From Candidatus Eiseniibacteriota bacterium (GTDB taxonomy: Bacteria > Eisenbacteria > RBG-16-71-46 > CAVPCR01): 64,000 nt of DNA. Within the stretch, counting starts at the first letter, position 1. Every line of letters starts with the position of its first letter. The notes below the pieces were generated by a model. The model did not search any database. It worked only from the letters and a program-made list of their open reading frames with translations, and had not been told where the DNA came from. Positions 50,701 to 61,786 of this stretch are shown one piece after another. The stretch is from positions 544,001 to 608,000 of the forward strand of contig CAWGMA010000004.1 in assembly GCA_963823555.1 (NCBI GenBank), in the 5' to 3' direction. The translations under genes and the position numbers were made by a program.

Positions 50701-53193
50701 GAGGGTCGAGAGCGGCTGGCCGAGACGCAGGTAGCCGAGCCCGACCTCGGCCAGCGGCCGGAGCGGACCCGCGATCGCCTCGTCATCGGCGAAGGCGACA
50801 AGGGCCTCATCGACCGTGAGGTCGAGAACGTCGAGGATGGTGCGATCGTCGAGACGGATCTCGAGCACCTCGGGCTGGAAGCGCTTGCCGCCGCAGGCCG
50901 GGCACGGCAGGAAGACATCCGAGAGAAACTGCATCTCGATCTTCTCGAATCCATCCCCGGCGCAGTGCTCGCAGCGTCCGCCCTCGACATTGAAGGAGAA
51001 GGTGGCCGCGTCATGGCCGCGCGCCCTGGCGGTGGGGGTGGCGGCGAAGCGACGGCGGATGCCGTCGTAGGCCTTCACATAGGTGGCGGCGTTGGCGCGC
51101 GGCGAGCGCCCGATCGGGGACTGGTCGACGAGGATGACCTCGGCCACCGCGGCCGCACCCCGGATCCCCCGCATCTCCCCCGGACGCTCGGCGCGATCCC
51201 CGCGCAGCCTGCGCAGCCCGCGATAGAGGCAGTCGACGACGAGCGTCGATTTCCCCGAGCCCGAGACGCCGGTGATGCAGACCAGGCGCTCGAGCGGGAT
51301 CGCCGCCGTCACATCCTTGAGATTGTGGGCGCGGGCGCCCTCGATCCTGAGGGTGCGCTCGGCGCGCAGATCGACCGGGCGCCGGCGGCGGCGCGGCGCG
51401 AGGTGCCGCTTTCCGGTGAGGAACTCGGCGGTCACCGACCCCCGCCGTGCGGCCTTGCCGATCGTGGCCGGGGGCCCCGAGTAAAGGAGGCTGCCGCCCC
51501 GCTCGCCGGCTCCCGGGCCGAGATCCACCAGGCGATCGGCGGCGCGGATGAGATCGGGATCGTGCTCGACGACGACGAGCGTGTTCCCCAGCTCGCGCAA
51601 TCCCTTCAGGATGCCGATGAGGCGCGCCGTGTCGCGGGGATGGAGCCCGATCGAGGGTTCATCGAGGACATAGAGCGTGTTGACGAGATGCGCGCCGAGC
51701 GCGGTCGTCAAGTTGACGCGCTGCACCTCGCCGCCGGAGAGCGTGCGCGACTGGCGGTCGAGCGTGAGATAGCCAAGCCCGACCTCGGCGAGATAGCCGA
51801 GGCGGCTCTCCATCTCGCGGCGGATGGCGAGCGCCGCCTCGTGCTCGAACGGGCCGAGCTCGAGCTCGACGATATGCCGGTGCGCGGCGGCGATCGGCTG
51901 GGCGTAGAAGTCGGCGATCGAGAGCCCGCCGACACGGAACTGGAGCGCCTCCGGCTTGAGCCGCGTGCCGCCGCAGCCCTGGCATGGCACGTAGTCGCGA
52001 TACCGGGACAGCATGACCCGGATGTGCATCTTGTAGGAGCGGCCCTTCAGCCAGTCGAAGAAACCGTCGACGCCGTAGAAGTCGCTCCCCGCGCCGTGGA
52101 GGATGAGCTCGCGCGCGGCTGGAGGGAGCTTGGCCCAGGGGACATCGGTGGGGATCTTCCGCGCCGCGCAGAACTCGAGCAGATCTCGCTGGCACTCGCG
52201 ATAGGAGGGCGAAGTCCAGGGCTTGATGGCGTCGTTCTTGAGGGTGCGGGCCGGATCGGGAACGACGAGGTCGTAGTCGATCTCGATCGTGCGGCCGAAG
52301 CCGTGACAGGTCTCGCAGGCGCCGACCGGCGAGTTGAACGAAAAGAGATTGGGGACTGGATCGCGATAGGCGATATCACATCGCGCGCAGTGGAGCCGCA
52401 CCGAGTAGGCGTGGGTTTCATCACGCACGAGGTCGTGCGCGACCATGACCCCCGCCCCGAAGCGGAGCGCGAGCTCGATCGAATCGACGAGGCGGGCCCG
52501 TCCGGTCTGACCGGCGAGCACGCGGTCGACCACGACCTCGGTGTGGCCGGAGGTGAAGAGCGTTTCCGGCGCCTCGTCGAGGTCCACCGTGTCGCCGGCG
52601 GCGAAGAGGCGGGTGAAGCCGTTCCGGCGGAGGATCTCGCGGAGCTCGGCCGCGCCCACCGTGCCGCGCGCATCGAGCGGGAACGCGATGACGAGACGCG
52701 TGCCGCCCGGAAGCTCGTCCAGATCGGCGGCGATGGCGGCCGGTTGATCGCGATGCACGGGCTCGCCGCACTTGCGGCAATGGAGGGCGCCGATCCGCGC
52801 CCACAGGAGCTTCGCGTAATCGGCGACCTCGGTCATGGTGGCGACGGTCGAGCGTGAGTTCTTGACCGGGTTCGACTGATCGATCGCGACCGCCGGCGGA
52901 ATGCCCTCGATGCGATCCACGGCCGGGCGGTCCATGCGGTCGAGGAACTGGCGGGCGTAGGTGGAGAAGCTCTCGACGTAGCGCCGTTGCCCTTCGGCAT
53001 AGAGCGTGTCGAAGGCGAGCGAGGACTTGCCCGAGCCGGAAACGCCGGTGACGACGACGAGCTCCCCCTCGGGGAGCGTGAGATCGAAGCCGCGGAGGTT
53101 GTGCTGGCGAGCGCCGAAGATGCGGATCGGACTCTGTCCGGTGCGCTTCCGGGAACGCGCTGGACGCGCGCGGGTTCTGGGTTCGCCACGCAT
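47710..53193 (-). CDS. uvrA: Excinuclease ABC subunit A, double-length fused form (1827 aa)
   Basis: Four Walker A (GxSGSGKS) and four LSGGE...DEP sets, with the Zn-finger CxxC motifs duplicated. Confidence 0.93.
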   Translation of the reverse strand: MRGEPRTRARPARSRKRTGQSPIRIFGARQHNLRGFDLTLPEGELVVVTGVSGSGKSSLAFDTLYAEGQRRYVESFSTYARQFLDRMDRPAVDRIEGIPPAVAIDQSNPVKNSRSTVATMTEVADYAKLLWARIGALHCRKCGEPVHRDQPAAIAADLDELPGGTRLVIAFPLDARGTVGAAELREILRRNGFTRLFAAGDTVDLDEAPETLFTSGHTEVVVDRVLAGQTGRARLVDSIELALRFGAGVMVAHDLVRDETHAYSVRLHCARCDIAYRDPVPNLFSFNSPVGACETCHGFGRTIEIDYDLVVPDPARTLKNDAIKPWTSPSYRECQRDLLEFCAARKIPTDVPWAKLPPAARELILHGAGSDFYGVDGFFDWLKGRSYKMHIRVMLSRYRDYVPCQGCGGTRLKPEALQFRVGGLSIADFYAQPIAAAHRHIVELELGPFEHEAALAIRREMESRLGYLAEVGLGYLTLDRQSRTLSGGEVQRVNLTTALGAHLVNTLYVLDEPSIGLHPRDTARLIGILKGLRELGNTLVVVEHDPDLIRAADRLVDLGPGAGERGGSLLYSGPPATIGKAARRGSVTAEFLTGKRHLAPRRRRRPVDLRAERTLRIEGARAHNLKDVTAAIPLERLVCITGVSGSGKSTLVVDCLYRGLRRLRGDRAERPGEMRGIRGAAAVAEVILVDQSPIGRSPRANAATYVKAYDGIRRRFAATPTARARGHDAATFSFNVEGGRCEHCAGDGFEKIEMQFLSDVFLPCPACGGKRFQPEVLEIRLDDRTILDVLDLTVDEALVAFADDEAIAGPLRPLAEVGLGYLRLGQPLSTLSGGEAQRLKLAAHLKSALLQGSLFLFDEPTTGLHLADVDILLGALQRLVDLGHSVVVIEHHLEVIAAADWVIDLGPEGGDLGGEIVAAGAPERIAETTRSHTGRHLAPLLARAAAIQEEPGVYRLGKRHVPSAPPVAGAAPEAGVEPPRNGRRRRGPEFVEVRGARQNNLKNIDVDIPRDRLVVITGPSGSGKSTLAYDILFAEGQRRYMESLSAYARQFVTQMPRADVEATRGLPPTVAIEQRVSRGGRKSTVATATEIYPFMRLLFARTGTPHCPDCRIEIVPQTRRQIRDEVKRRFPKQRVALLAPVVRDRKGFHKDVLARLRKQGYEAARIDGQVVPLSPLPKLDRYREHRIEAVVKSVAVSDGEALLAAIEESLDLGRGAVRIVPARGEEVTLSERLACPDCGLGLDELDPRAFSFNSPLGACPRCNGLGVLGHPEAEEEDEESTEESGNGDMACPDCSGARLRRESLAVTFRKHSIAELSALTVADALRFFSTLKLGARETPIAGPLAAEIASRLRFLAEVGLPYLSLDRSADTLSGGEAQRIRLAAQLGSNLRGVLYILDEPTIGLHPRDHGKLLATLTGLRDRGNSVIVVEHDEDTIRAADQVIDLGPAAGAAGGRVVAQGSPAQVARVRSSPTGAFLRRQKAPEPAPRRIPSGSFVRVLGAAEHNLKEIDVEFPLGTLTCVTGVSGSGKSTLVRDILYHALRQELGLKEGRAPARHRGLELRGEVRRVAEVDQSPIGKTPRSVPATYVGVLAEIRGLLAQTPAARARGYAPNRFSFNVAGGRCETCAGQGRVKVEMNFLPNVYVDCDSCGGRRFNAETLEIVWDGRSIADILALTISEAEDAFAAIPSIHRRLQVLEEIGLGYLTLGQPSNTLSGGEAQRIKLAAELGRGTGGGTVYLLDEPTTGLHLGDTEKLIACLHRLVDRDDTVIVIEHNLEFIAAADHVIDLGPEGGVAGGRVVATGHPLDLARARRRSHTGTALARHFGVA

Positions 53194-53208
53194 ATCTTGA
53201 GATGCCCT

Positions 53209-53652
53209 TTATGGCTGCTTCGGGTCTTCGGTGGTCACTTCGCGGGCGGCCGACGCCAGCTGCGCGATCGTGATGCGGTCGAAGTCCGCGTGGAGGCGAA
53301 CCCGGAGCGCCTTCCAGTTGTCGTGCATCGGGCAGGGGTGGTCATCGTGGCATTCGCGGAGGCCGAGGAAGCAGTCACCGAGGAAGTCGGGGCCGTCGAC
53401 GGCGGCGATGACCTGGGTCAGGCGGATCTTGTGCGGCGCCCGGGCGAGCCGGATCCCGCCCCCAGGCCCCTTGAACGCGTCGACGAGGTTCGCCCGCGCC
53501 AGCTTGCCGACGAGCTTGGCGAGGAAATGCGGCGGAATCCCTTCCGCCTCGGCGATGTCCTTGACCGGAGAGGCCTCGGCGGCGCTCTGTTGCGCCAGAT
53601 GCACGAGCGTGCGCACCGCGTACTGGGCGGCGCGTGAGATGCCGTAGTTCAC
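53209..53652 (-). CDS. Rrf2 family transcriptional regulator with putative Fe-S ligands
   Basis: YAVRTLVHLA, IPPHFLAK, GPGGGIRLAR, CFLGLRECHDDHPCPMH. Confidence 0.9.
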   Translation of the reverse strand: MNYGISRAAQYAVRTLVHLAQQSAAEASPVKDIAEAEGIPPHFLAKLVGKLARANLVDAFKGPGGGIRLARAPHKIRLTQVIAAVDGPDFLGDCFLGLRECHDDHPCPMHDNWKALRVRLHADFDRITIAQLASAAREVTTEDPKQP

Positions 53653-53670
53653 GGCATCAAGTGAACGAGA

Positions 53671-53694
53671 AATGTGACTCCCAGGTCAAGAATT
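53671..53694. promoter_or_regulatory. Candidate Rrf2 operator TGAC-N6-GTCA in an AT-rich patch
   Basis: AATGTGACTCCCAGGTCAAGAATT about 20 bp upstream of the Rrf2 start; overlaps a minus-strand TTGACC. Confidence 0.4.
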
Positions 53695-53812
53695 ATTATC
53701 TGGCGCCTTGCGGCGACCGTCCTGCTCGAAAAGGGCCGGGTGAAGTGCTAGCGTTGCGGGACGCGAGCGCGCCGGCCGGGCGCGCACAGGAAGGCGGCGC
53801 GAGGACTATGCC

Positions 53813-55296
53813 ATGCGGGGGCGGGCGGTTGTGATCGTGACGGGGGCGATCGTGACGATGCTGATCGCGACGTCGCTTCTCGGTGGCTGTGGTCGGGGCG
53901 GCGAGGAAGCCACGCCCATCGAGTCCTCGACCGCGCTCTCCTCTCGATCGGACGCCTTCCTCGATACGCTCTCCGAGCGCACCTTCCGCTTCTTCTGGGA
54001 GCTCAGCGATCCACGCACCGGGCTGGCTCCCGATCGCGCGCCCACGGAGTCCTTCGCCAGCGTGGCGGCGACCGGCTTCGCGCTCACCGCCTATCCGATC
54101 GGCGTCGAGCGCGGCTACATCTCGCGCGCCGCGGCGGCCGACGCGCTCTCACGACGCTGCGCTTCTTCTGGGAGGCGCCCCAGGGAGACTCGCCTGCGGG
54201 CACGATCGGCTACCACGGCTTCTTCTACCACTTCCTCGATCCCGAGACCGGGCATCGCTTCGGCGACGGTCGAGCTCTCCACCATGGACACGGCCCTGCT
54301 CCTGGCCGGCGCGCTCTTCTGCCAGTCCTACTTCGACGGCGCCGACGCGCGACGGAGGACAGCGATCCGCGCGCTGGCCGACTCGCTCTACGCGCGCGTC
54401 GACTGGCAGTGGGCGTCGGTCCGGCCGCCCACCATCGGCCACGGCTGGACACCCGGAGAGCGGCCACCTGCCCTACGACTGGCGCGGCTACAACGAGGCG
54501 ATGATCCTCTACCTCCTGGCGCTCGGCTCGCCCACCCACCCGGTCGCCGCCGGAGGCCTGGTCGGCCTGGACCGCGGGCTACCGCTGGGGCGAGTTCCAC
54601 GGCCAGGAGCACCTCGGCTTCGCGCCGCTCTTCGGCCACCAGTACACGCACGTCTGGATCGACTTCCGCGGCATCCGCGACGACGTACATGCGCGAGCGC
54701 GGGCATCGACTACTTCGAGAACTCGCGCCGCGCCGTGCTCGCCCAGCACGCCTACGCCATCGCGAATCCCGGCGGCTGGCGCGGGCTACGGACCGCGACC
54801 TGTGGGGACTGACCGCCTGCGACGGCCCGGTGCACCGGCACGTTCGAGATCGACGGCCGCGAGCGCGCAGTTCCACACCTACTGGGCGCGCGGCGCGTCG
54901 TTCACCGGCGTCAACGACGACGGCACGATCTGCCCCGTCGGCGGCCGGCGGCGTCGATCGCCTTCGCGCCGGAGATCGTCATCCCGACCCTGCATCGCCA
55001 TGCGCGAGACCTACGGCGAGCACCTCTTCTCCACCTACGGCTTCCTCGATGCGCTGAACCCGACCTTCACGCTCGACGTGCCGCGTCCAGCACGGCCGCG
55101 TCGATCCCGGGCGTCGGCTGGTTCGACACCGACTACCTCGGCATCGACCAGGGTCCGATCCTGGCCATGATCGAGAACCACCGCAGCGGAGCTGGTCTGG
55201 CGGACCATGCGCGCGCAACCCGCACGTGGTGCGCGGGCTGCGCGCGGCCGGGTTCACCGGCGGCTGGCTCGACGCGCGCCGGGAGCCGAGCCGTGA
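53813..55296 (+). CDS. Glucoamylase-family / GH144-like glycoside hydrolase lipoprotein (many indels)
   Basis: Lipobox LGGC; pieces across frames read TGLAPDR..SVAATGF, GFFYHFLD, ELSTMDT, WRGYNE, PLFGHQY, WGLTACDGP, YLGIDQGP..IEN. Confidence 0.8.
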
Positions 55297-56644
55297 GCGC
55301 GCTGCGGCCAGTCGCCGCGATCGCTGCGCGCTCGTGGCGCGCTCGTGCTCCTGCCTCGCCGGCTGCGGCCGCGGGTGCGACGCGGCGATCGGGTCACCGT
55401 CTGCGCTTCTGGGCCATGGGCCGCGAGGGCGAGGTCGTCCAGGAGCTGGTGCGCGACTTCGAGCGCGAGAACCCCGGACATCCGCGTCGAGGTGCAGCAG
55501 ATCCCCTGGTCCGCCGCCCACGAGAAGCTGCTGACCGCCTATCGTCGGGCGGCTCCACGCCGGACCTCGCCCAGCTCGGGCAACACCTGGATCGCCGAGT
55601 TCGCCGCCCTCGGGCGCTCGCGCCGCTCGAGCCGCTGGGTCGCCGCCTCGGCCGCGGTCGATTCCGACGGCGCTACTTCCCCGGCATCTGGGACACCAAC
55701 GTCATCGACGGCGTGCTCTACGGCGTGCCCTGGTACGTCGACACGCGCGTGCTCTTCTACCGCAGCGACCTCCTGGCGCGCGGCCGGCTACGACTCGATG
55801 CCCGCGCACCTGGGACGGCTGGCGCGCGGCCATGGCGGCGGTCGAAGCGCGGCGGTCGGGGCCGGACCGCTACGCCATCTTCCTGCCCATCAACGAGTGG
55901 ACCCAGCCGGTGATCCTCGGCCTGCAGGCGGGCTCGCCGCTGCTGGCCGACGACGACACCCGCGGCGCCTTCTCGCGCGCCCGAGTTCCGCCGCGCCTTC
56001 GCCTTCTACCTGGATCTGTTCCGCGACGGCCTGGCGCCCGCCGGTGAGCAACAACGAGATCGCGAACCTCTACCAGGAGTTCGCGCGCGGCTACCTTCGC
56101 CATGTACATCACCGGCCCCTGGAACCTGGGCGAGTTCCGGCGCCGCCTGCCGCCCGAGCTGCAGGACGCCTGGGCCACCGCGCCGCTGCCCGGGCCCGAC
56201 GGCGCGACGTCCGGGCGTGTCGCTGGCCGGCGGCTCGAGCCTGGTCGTCTTCCGCGGCTCGCGCAGCACAAGGAGGCGGCCTGGCGGCTCGATCGAGTTC
56301 CTGTCGCGGCCCGAGCAGCAGGTCCGCTTCTTCCAGCTGACCGGCGATCTGCCGGCGCGCATCGCGAGGCCTGGGAGGACCCGGCGCTGGCCGCGCGATC
56401 CCCACGCTGCGCGCCTTCGGCGAGCAGCTCGCAGCGCGTGGTCGCCGACGCCCAAGATCCCCGAGTGGGAGCAGATCGCCACCCGCGTGCAGGAGCGCGC
56501 CGAGCAGGCGATCCGCGGCGCGCGTCCGCCCGACGCGGCGCTGGCGCAGCTCGACCGCGACGTGGACCGCATCCTCGAGAAGCGGCGCTGGCTGCTCGAG
56601 CGCGGCGGCCCGAGCCGCCGCGAGCCGGGAGGAGGACGCCATGA
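55293..56644 (+). CDS. Sugar ABC transporter substrate-binding protein (many indels)
   Basis: FWAMGREGEVV, QQIPWSAAHEKLLTA, VPWYVDTRVLFYR, MYITGPWN, SLAGGSSL. Confidence 0.8.
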
Positions 56645-57552
56645 GCGCGCTGCTCGAGCGCCAGCAGGCACGCGCCGGCCTGGCTCTTCCTCGCCCCGGC
56701 GCTCGGCTCTGATCGCGCGTCTTCTTCTTCGCTGCCGGTGCTCGCCGGCCTGCTGCTCAGCCTGACCGACTTCGACATCTACGCCATCGGCGCACCCGGG
56801 CACCGCGCGCTTCGTCGGGCTGCGACAACTACGCCGCAGCTGCTGCACGAGCCCGACTGTTCTGGCAGGCGCTGCGGCAACACGCTCTACTTCGTGCTCG
56901 TCGGCGGCCCGCTGTCGGTGCTCGTCTCGCTGGGCGCGGCGCTGCTGCTCAACGCGCGCTGCGTGCGGCTGCGCGAGCCTCTTCCGCACCATCTACTTCG
57001 CCCCGGTGGTGACCACGCTGGTCGCGGTGGCCATCGTCTGGCGCTACCTCTACCACCCGCGCTACGGCCTGCTGAACTACGCTGCTCGGGCTGGTCGGGC
57101 ATCGGCCCGATCGACTGGCTGGGCGATCCCGCACTGGGCCATGCCGGCGATCATCCTGCTCGCGGTGTGGAAGAACTTCGGCTACAACATGCTCATCTTC
57201 GTCGCCGGCCTGCAGAGCATCCCCGAGGAGCTGTACGAGGCCGCCGCCATCGACGGCGCCGGCGCCTGGCGCCGCTTCCGCCACATCACCCTGCCGGGCC
57301 TCGCGCCCGACCTTCCTGTTCGTCGGCGTCACCACCATGATCGGCTACTTCCAGCTCTTCGCCGAGCCCTACGTGATGACCCAGGGCGGGCCGCTGCGGC
57401 GCGCACGCGCAGCGTCGTGCTGCTCATGTACGAGGAGGGCTTCCGCTGGTGGCGGATGGGCATGGCCTCGACCATCGCGTTCGTGCTGCTGCGTGATCAC
57501 GCTCGTCGGCACGCTGCGTCCAGCTGCGCCTGCAGCCGGGAGCGGCGCATGA
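56641..57552 (+). CDS. Sugar ABC transporter permease (many indels)
   Basis: SLTDFDIYA, EAA loop ELYEAAAIDGA, YVMTQGGP; ATGA overlaps at both ends. Confidence 0.8.
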
Positions 57553-58390
57553 GGCGACGCGCTCGGGCACGGTCGCTGCTGCACGCTGGCGCTCGTCGCT
57601 CGGCGCGCGTGCGTCACGCTGACGCCGCTGGTCTGGATGGTGTCGGCCTCGTTCATGCCGCCGGGCGAGGCCAACTACGCTCCCGCCGCCGCTTCCTGCC
57701 CGGCACGTCCGACCCTCGAGCACTACGTCGCGCTCTTCACCCGGCTCGACCTGGCGCGCCACTTCCTCAACAGCGCGCTGATCACGGTGCTGGCGACGGT
57801 GCTCTCGGTGCTGGTCAACTCGCTGGCCGGCTACGCCTTCGCCAAGCTGCCGCTTCCGCGGTCGCGACCGGCTCTTCAGCGGACTCGCGCTGGCGCTCTG
57901 GTCGTCCCGGCGCAGGTGGGCATGCTGCCGCTCTTCCTGCTGCTGCGCGAGCTGGGCCTGGTCAACACCTACGTCGGGGTGCATGATCCCGTACCTGGCC
58001 AGCATCTTCGGCATCTTCCTGATCCGCCAGTACGCGCTCGAGCGTGCCCGACGAGCTGCTCGACGCCGCGCGCATCGACGGCGCCGGCGAGTTCCGCATC
58101 TTCCGGCATCGTGGTCCTGCCGGTCATCCGCCCGATCCTGGTCACGCTGGCGACCTTCACCTTCCTGAGCGCCTGGAACGACTTCATGTGGCCGCTGATC
58201 ATCCTCAGCGACAGCGCGCATGTACACGCTGCCGGTGGCCCTGGCCAACCTGGTCGGGCGAGCACGTGCAGGACACCGAGCTGATGATGGCCGGCTCGGT
58301 GCTGACCGATCCTGCCGGCCCTCGTCGGTGTTCCTCGTCTTCCAGCGGACCTACGTCCGCGGCATCATGGCCGGGAGCGTGAAGGGATGA
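57549..58390 (+). CDS. Sugar ABC transporter permease (many indels)
   Basis: NSLAGYAFAKL, PDELLDAARIDGA, WNDFMWPL, terminal AGSVKG. Confidence 0.8.
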
Positions 58391-61300
58391 GGCGTCTCGC
58401 GTGGACCTGCTGGCGCTCGCGCTGGCGCCGTGCTGCGCTGGCGCGCGGCGCTCCGGCGCGCGGCGGCGACGAGCGCGCTCGTCGATCGACGACTTCGAGG
58501 ACGTCGCGGCGCTGGACGGCCCATCCCGGCCGACGGCGTCGAGCTCGCGATCTGCGTCCGACGACGGGCGTCACGGCCGCGCCCTGCGCCTCGACTTCGG
58601 CTTCACCGGCGGCGGCTACGCCATCGCCCGCACGCGAGGTCGACCTCGACTCTGCCGGACGAACTACGCCTTCTCGCTTCCGCATCCGGGGCGAGGCGCC
58701 GCCCAACCACCTCGAGTTCAAGCTGATCGACGCGAGCGGCGAGAACGTCTGGTGGTCGGTCCGCCGCGACGTCGAGTTCCCGCGCGAGTGGCGAGCCGTT
58801 CACGATCAAGAAGCGACAGATCGCGTTCGCCTGGGGGCCGCGCGGGCGGCGGCGAGATCCGCGCACGTCGCCGCGATCGAGTTCGCGATCACCGCGGGCA
58901 GCGGGGGCGCGGGCACGGTGTGGATCGACGACCTTGACGCTCGACGCCGCTGCCGCCGCCGGACGCGCCGCCGCCGGCGCCCGTGGCGCGCGCGTCCTCG
59001 GCGCGGCGCGGGCACGGGCGCGGCGCTGGCCCTCGACGGCGATCCGACGACCGCGTGGCGCCCGGCGGCCGGCGATCGCGCGCCCTGGCTCGCGCTCGAC
59101 CTCGGCGGGGCGCGCGAGTACGGCGGGCTCGTCCTCGACTGGGCGCCGGTGGCGGCGCCGCGGACTACGTGGTCGAGGTGTCGGACGACGGGCGCGACGT
59201 GGCGCGTCGCGCGCACGGTCACGGGCGGCAACGGCGGGCGCGACTACCTCTACCTCCCGGAGACCGAGTCGCGCCACCTGCGGGTGCGGCTGACGGGCGG
59301 GCCGGAGGCGACGCGCGGCGCGGCGCTCGCCGAGATCACGATCGAGCCGCTGGCCTGGTCGGCCACGCGCGAGGACTTCTTCCAGGCCATCGCCGCCGAC
59401 GCGCCGCGCGGGCTGCTACCCGCGCGGGATCTCGGGCGAGCAGGTCGTACTGGACGGTGGTCGGCGCCGACCACGACCCGCGAGGAGGTCCTCCTCAGCG
59501 AGGACGGGGCGATCGAGACGCGGGAGCGAGCGGCTTCTCGATCGAGCCGTTCCTCGTGGTGGGCGGAACGCTCCTGACCTGGGCCGACGTGGAGCCGAGC
59601 AGTCCCTGGTGCGACGGCGGCCTGCCGATCCCCACCGTGACGCTGGACGTCGCGCGGCGCTCGCGCCTCGACGATCACCGCGTTCGCGACGGGCGATCCG
59701 GGCGCGTCGTCGATCGTCGTCCCGCTACCGCGTCCTCAACCACGGCGCCGGCGCGGCGCCAGGCGACCCTGTACCTCGCCCTGCGCCCGTTCCAGGTGAA
59801 TCCGCCCGCGCAGTTCCTGAACATGCCCGGCGGCACAGCGCCGATCCGTGATCATCGCGCGCTCGACGGAGCGACCGTGTTCGTCGAACGGCCGGCCGGC
59901 GTTCTCCTGCCGCACCCCGCCCGTCGGACTTCGGGGCCGCGACGTTCGACCAGGGCGACGTCGGTGGCCGACTACCTGGCGCCAGGAGCGGCTGCCGGCG
60001 GACGACCGCGGTCGAGGATCCCTTCGGCGCCGCGTCCGGCGTCCTGGCCTTCCCCTGGCGATCGGTCCGTCGGTGCGACCGGCAGCGGGCAAGGCCGAGG
60101 TGGACATCGTCATTCCGCTCTACGCGGCTCGCCCGCCGCCGCCCGGCCGGCCGCGGATGCCGGCCGCCCCGGGCGAGCTCGGCGCCGACCGGGCGGACTC
60201 GGTGTCGCTCGCCGCGGGGCGCCTGGCGATCGACGCTGGAGCGGCCGCGATCGAGCTTCGCCGCGCCGCGAACCGGCCGAGTGGATCGATCGAACCCTCC
60301 GTGCGCCAGCTCGCGCTACATCCTCGTCAACCGCGCCGGCCCCGCGATCCAGCCCGGCGCGCGCTCCTACGCGCGCTCGTGGATCCGCGACGGCGCGCTC
60401 ACCTCGTCGGCGCTGCTGCGCCTCGGCCACGCGGATGCGGTGCGCGAGTTCATCGAGTGGTTCGCGCCGCACCAGTACGCGAACGGCAAGATCCCCTGCG
60501 TGGTCGACGGGCGCGGCGCCGATCCGGTGCCCGAGCACGACTCCAGCGGCGAGTTCATCTTCCTGGTCGCCGAGTACTACCGCTACACGCGGCGATCGCG
60601 GCGCTGGTCGAGCGAGATGTGGCCGCGGGTCGCGCGCGGCGGCGGCCTACCTCGACTCGCTGCCGCCACGAGCGCCGGACGCCGCGAGTACGCAGCGCCC
60701 GAGAAGCGCGCACTTCTACGGGCTCCTGCCGCCGTCGATCAGCCACGAGGGCTACTCGGCCAAGCCGATGCACTCCTACTGGGACGATTTCTTCGCCCTG
60801 CGCGGCTTCAAGGACGCGGCCTTCCTGGCCGGCGAGCTGGGCCGACGCGGACGACGCGGCGCGCGCTGGCCGCGATCGCGCGACGAGTTCGCCGCCGACC
60901 TCGCCGCCTCGGTCGCGGCGGCGCATGCCGCGTGCACGGCATCGACTACGTGCCCGGCTGCGCCGATCTCGGCGACTTCGACGCCACCTCGACCACCATC
61001 GCCCTCGCGCCGACCGGCGCCGGCCGCGATCCTGCCGCGCGGCGCGCTCGAGCGCACCTTCGAGCGCTACTGGGAGTTCTTCACGGCGCGCCGCGACGGC
61101 GCGCCGTGGGAGGCGTTCACGCCCTACGAGATGCGCAACATCGGCGCCTTCGTGCGCCTCGGCTGGCGCGAGCGCGCCCAGGAGCTGCTCGACTTCTTCC
61201 TGGCCCACCAGCAGCCGGCCGGCTGGCGCCAGTGGGCCGAGGTCGGTCTGGCGCGACGACCGCGCGCCCGCGCTTCCTCGGCGACATGCCCGCACACCTG

Positions 61301-61664
61301 GGTGGGCTCGGACTACGTCCGCTCGGTGCTCGACATGTTCGCCTACGAGCGGGAGGCCGACTCGACCCTGGTCGTCGGCGCCGGCGTGCCGATCGAGTGG
61401 CTCGTCTCGGACCCCCGGATCTCCGTGCTGAACCTGAGCACGCACTACGGGCCGCTCTCCTTCACCATGCGGCGCGCTGGCGACGGCGTCGAGGTCGCGA
61501 TCGAGGCCGGGACTCGCATCCCGCCGGGCGGAATCGCCGTCTCGACCCCGCTTGCGGCCATCCGGTCCGCCACCGTCAACGGCGCCCGCGTCGAGCCGGG
61601 CCCCACAGGCGAGATCCTGGTCCGCAAGCTCCCGGCGACCGTCCTCGCCACCCCCGAGCCATGA
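58387..61664 (+). CDS. Secreted modular glycosidase-like protein: CBM-like, F5/8 type C (discoidin) and (alpha/alpha)6 domains (many indels)
   Basis: LEFKLIDASGENVWW, ALDGDPTTAW..WLALDLG, QPGARSYARSWIRDGA, SISHEGYSAKPMHSYWDD, HTWVGSDY. Confidence 0.7.
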
Positions 61665-61700
61665 ATCCGCTCCCGCCGTGGCCTCGATCTAACTCTTTTC

Positions 61701-61730
61701 TTGATAAGCAGATGAGAATATGTGTAGAAT
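61701..61730 (+). promoter_or_regulatory. Candidate sigma70 promoter of the Omp28-like gene
   Basis: TTGATA-N18-TAGAAT in an AT-rich patch; RBS AGGAGGT at 61774-61780. Confidence 0.5.
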
Positions 61731-61786
61731 GGACCCGGTCAGGCAAGTCCCTGGCCGCTGTCCATATCCAGCCAGGAGGTCAGCCA

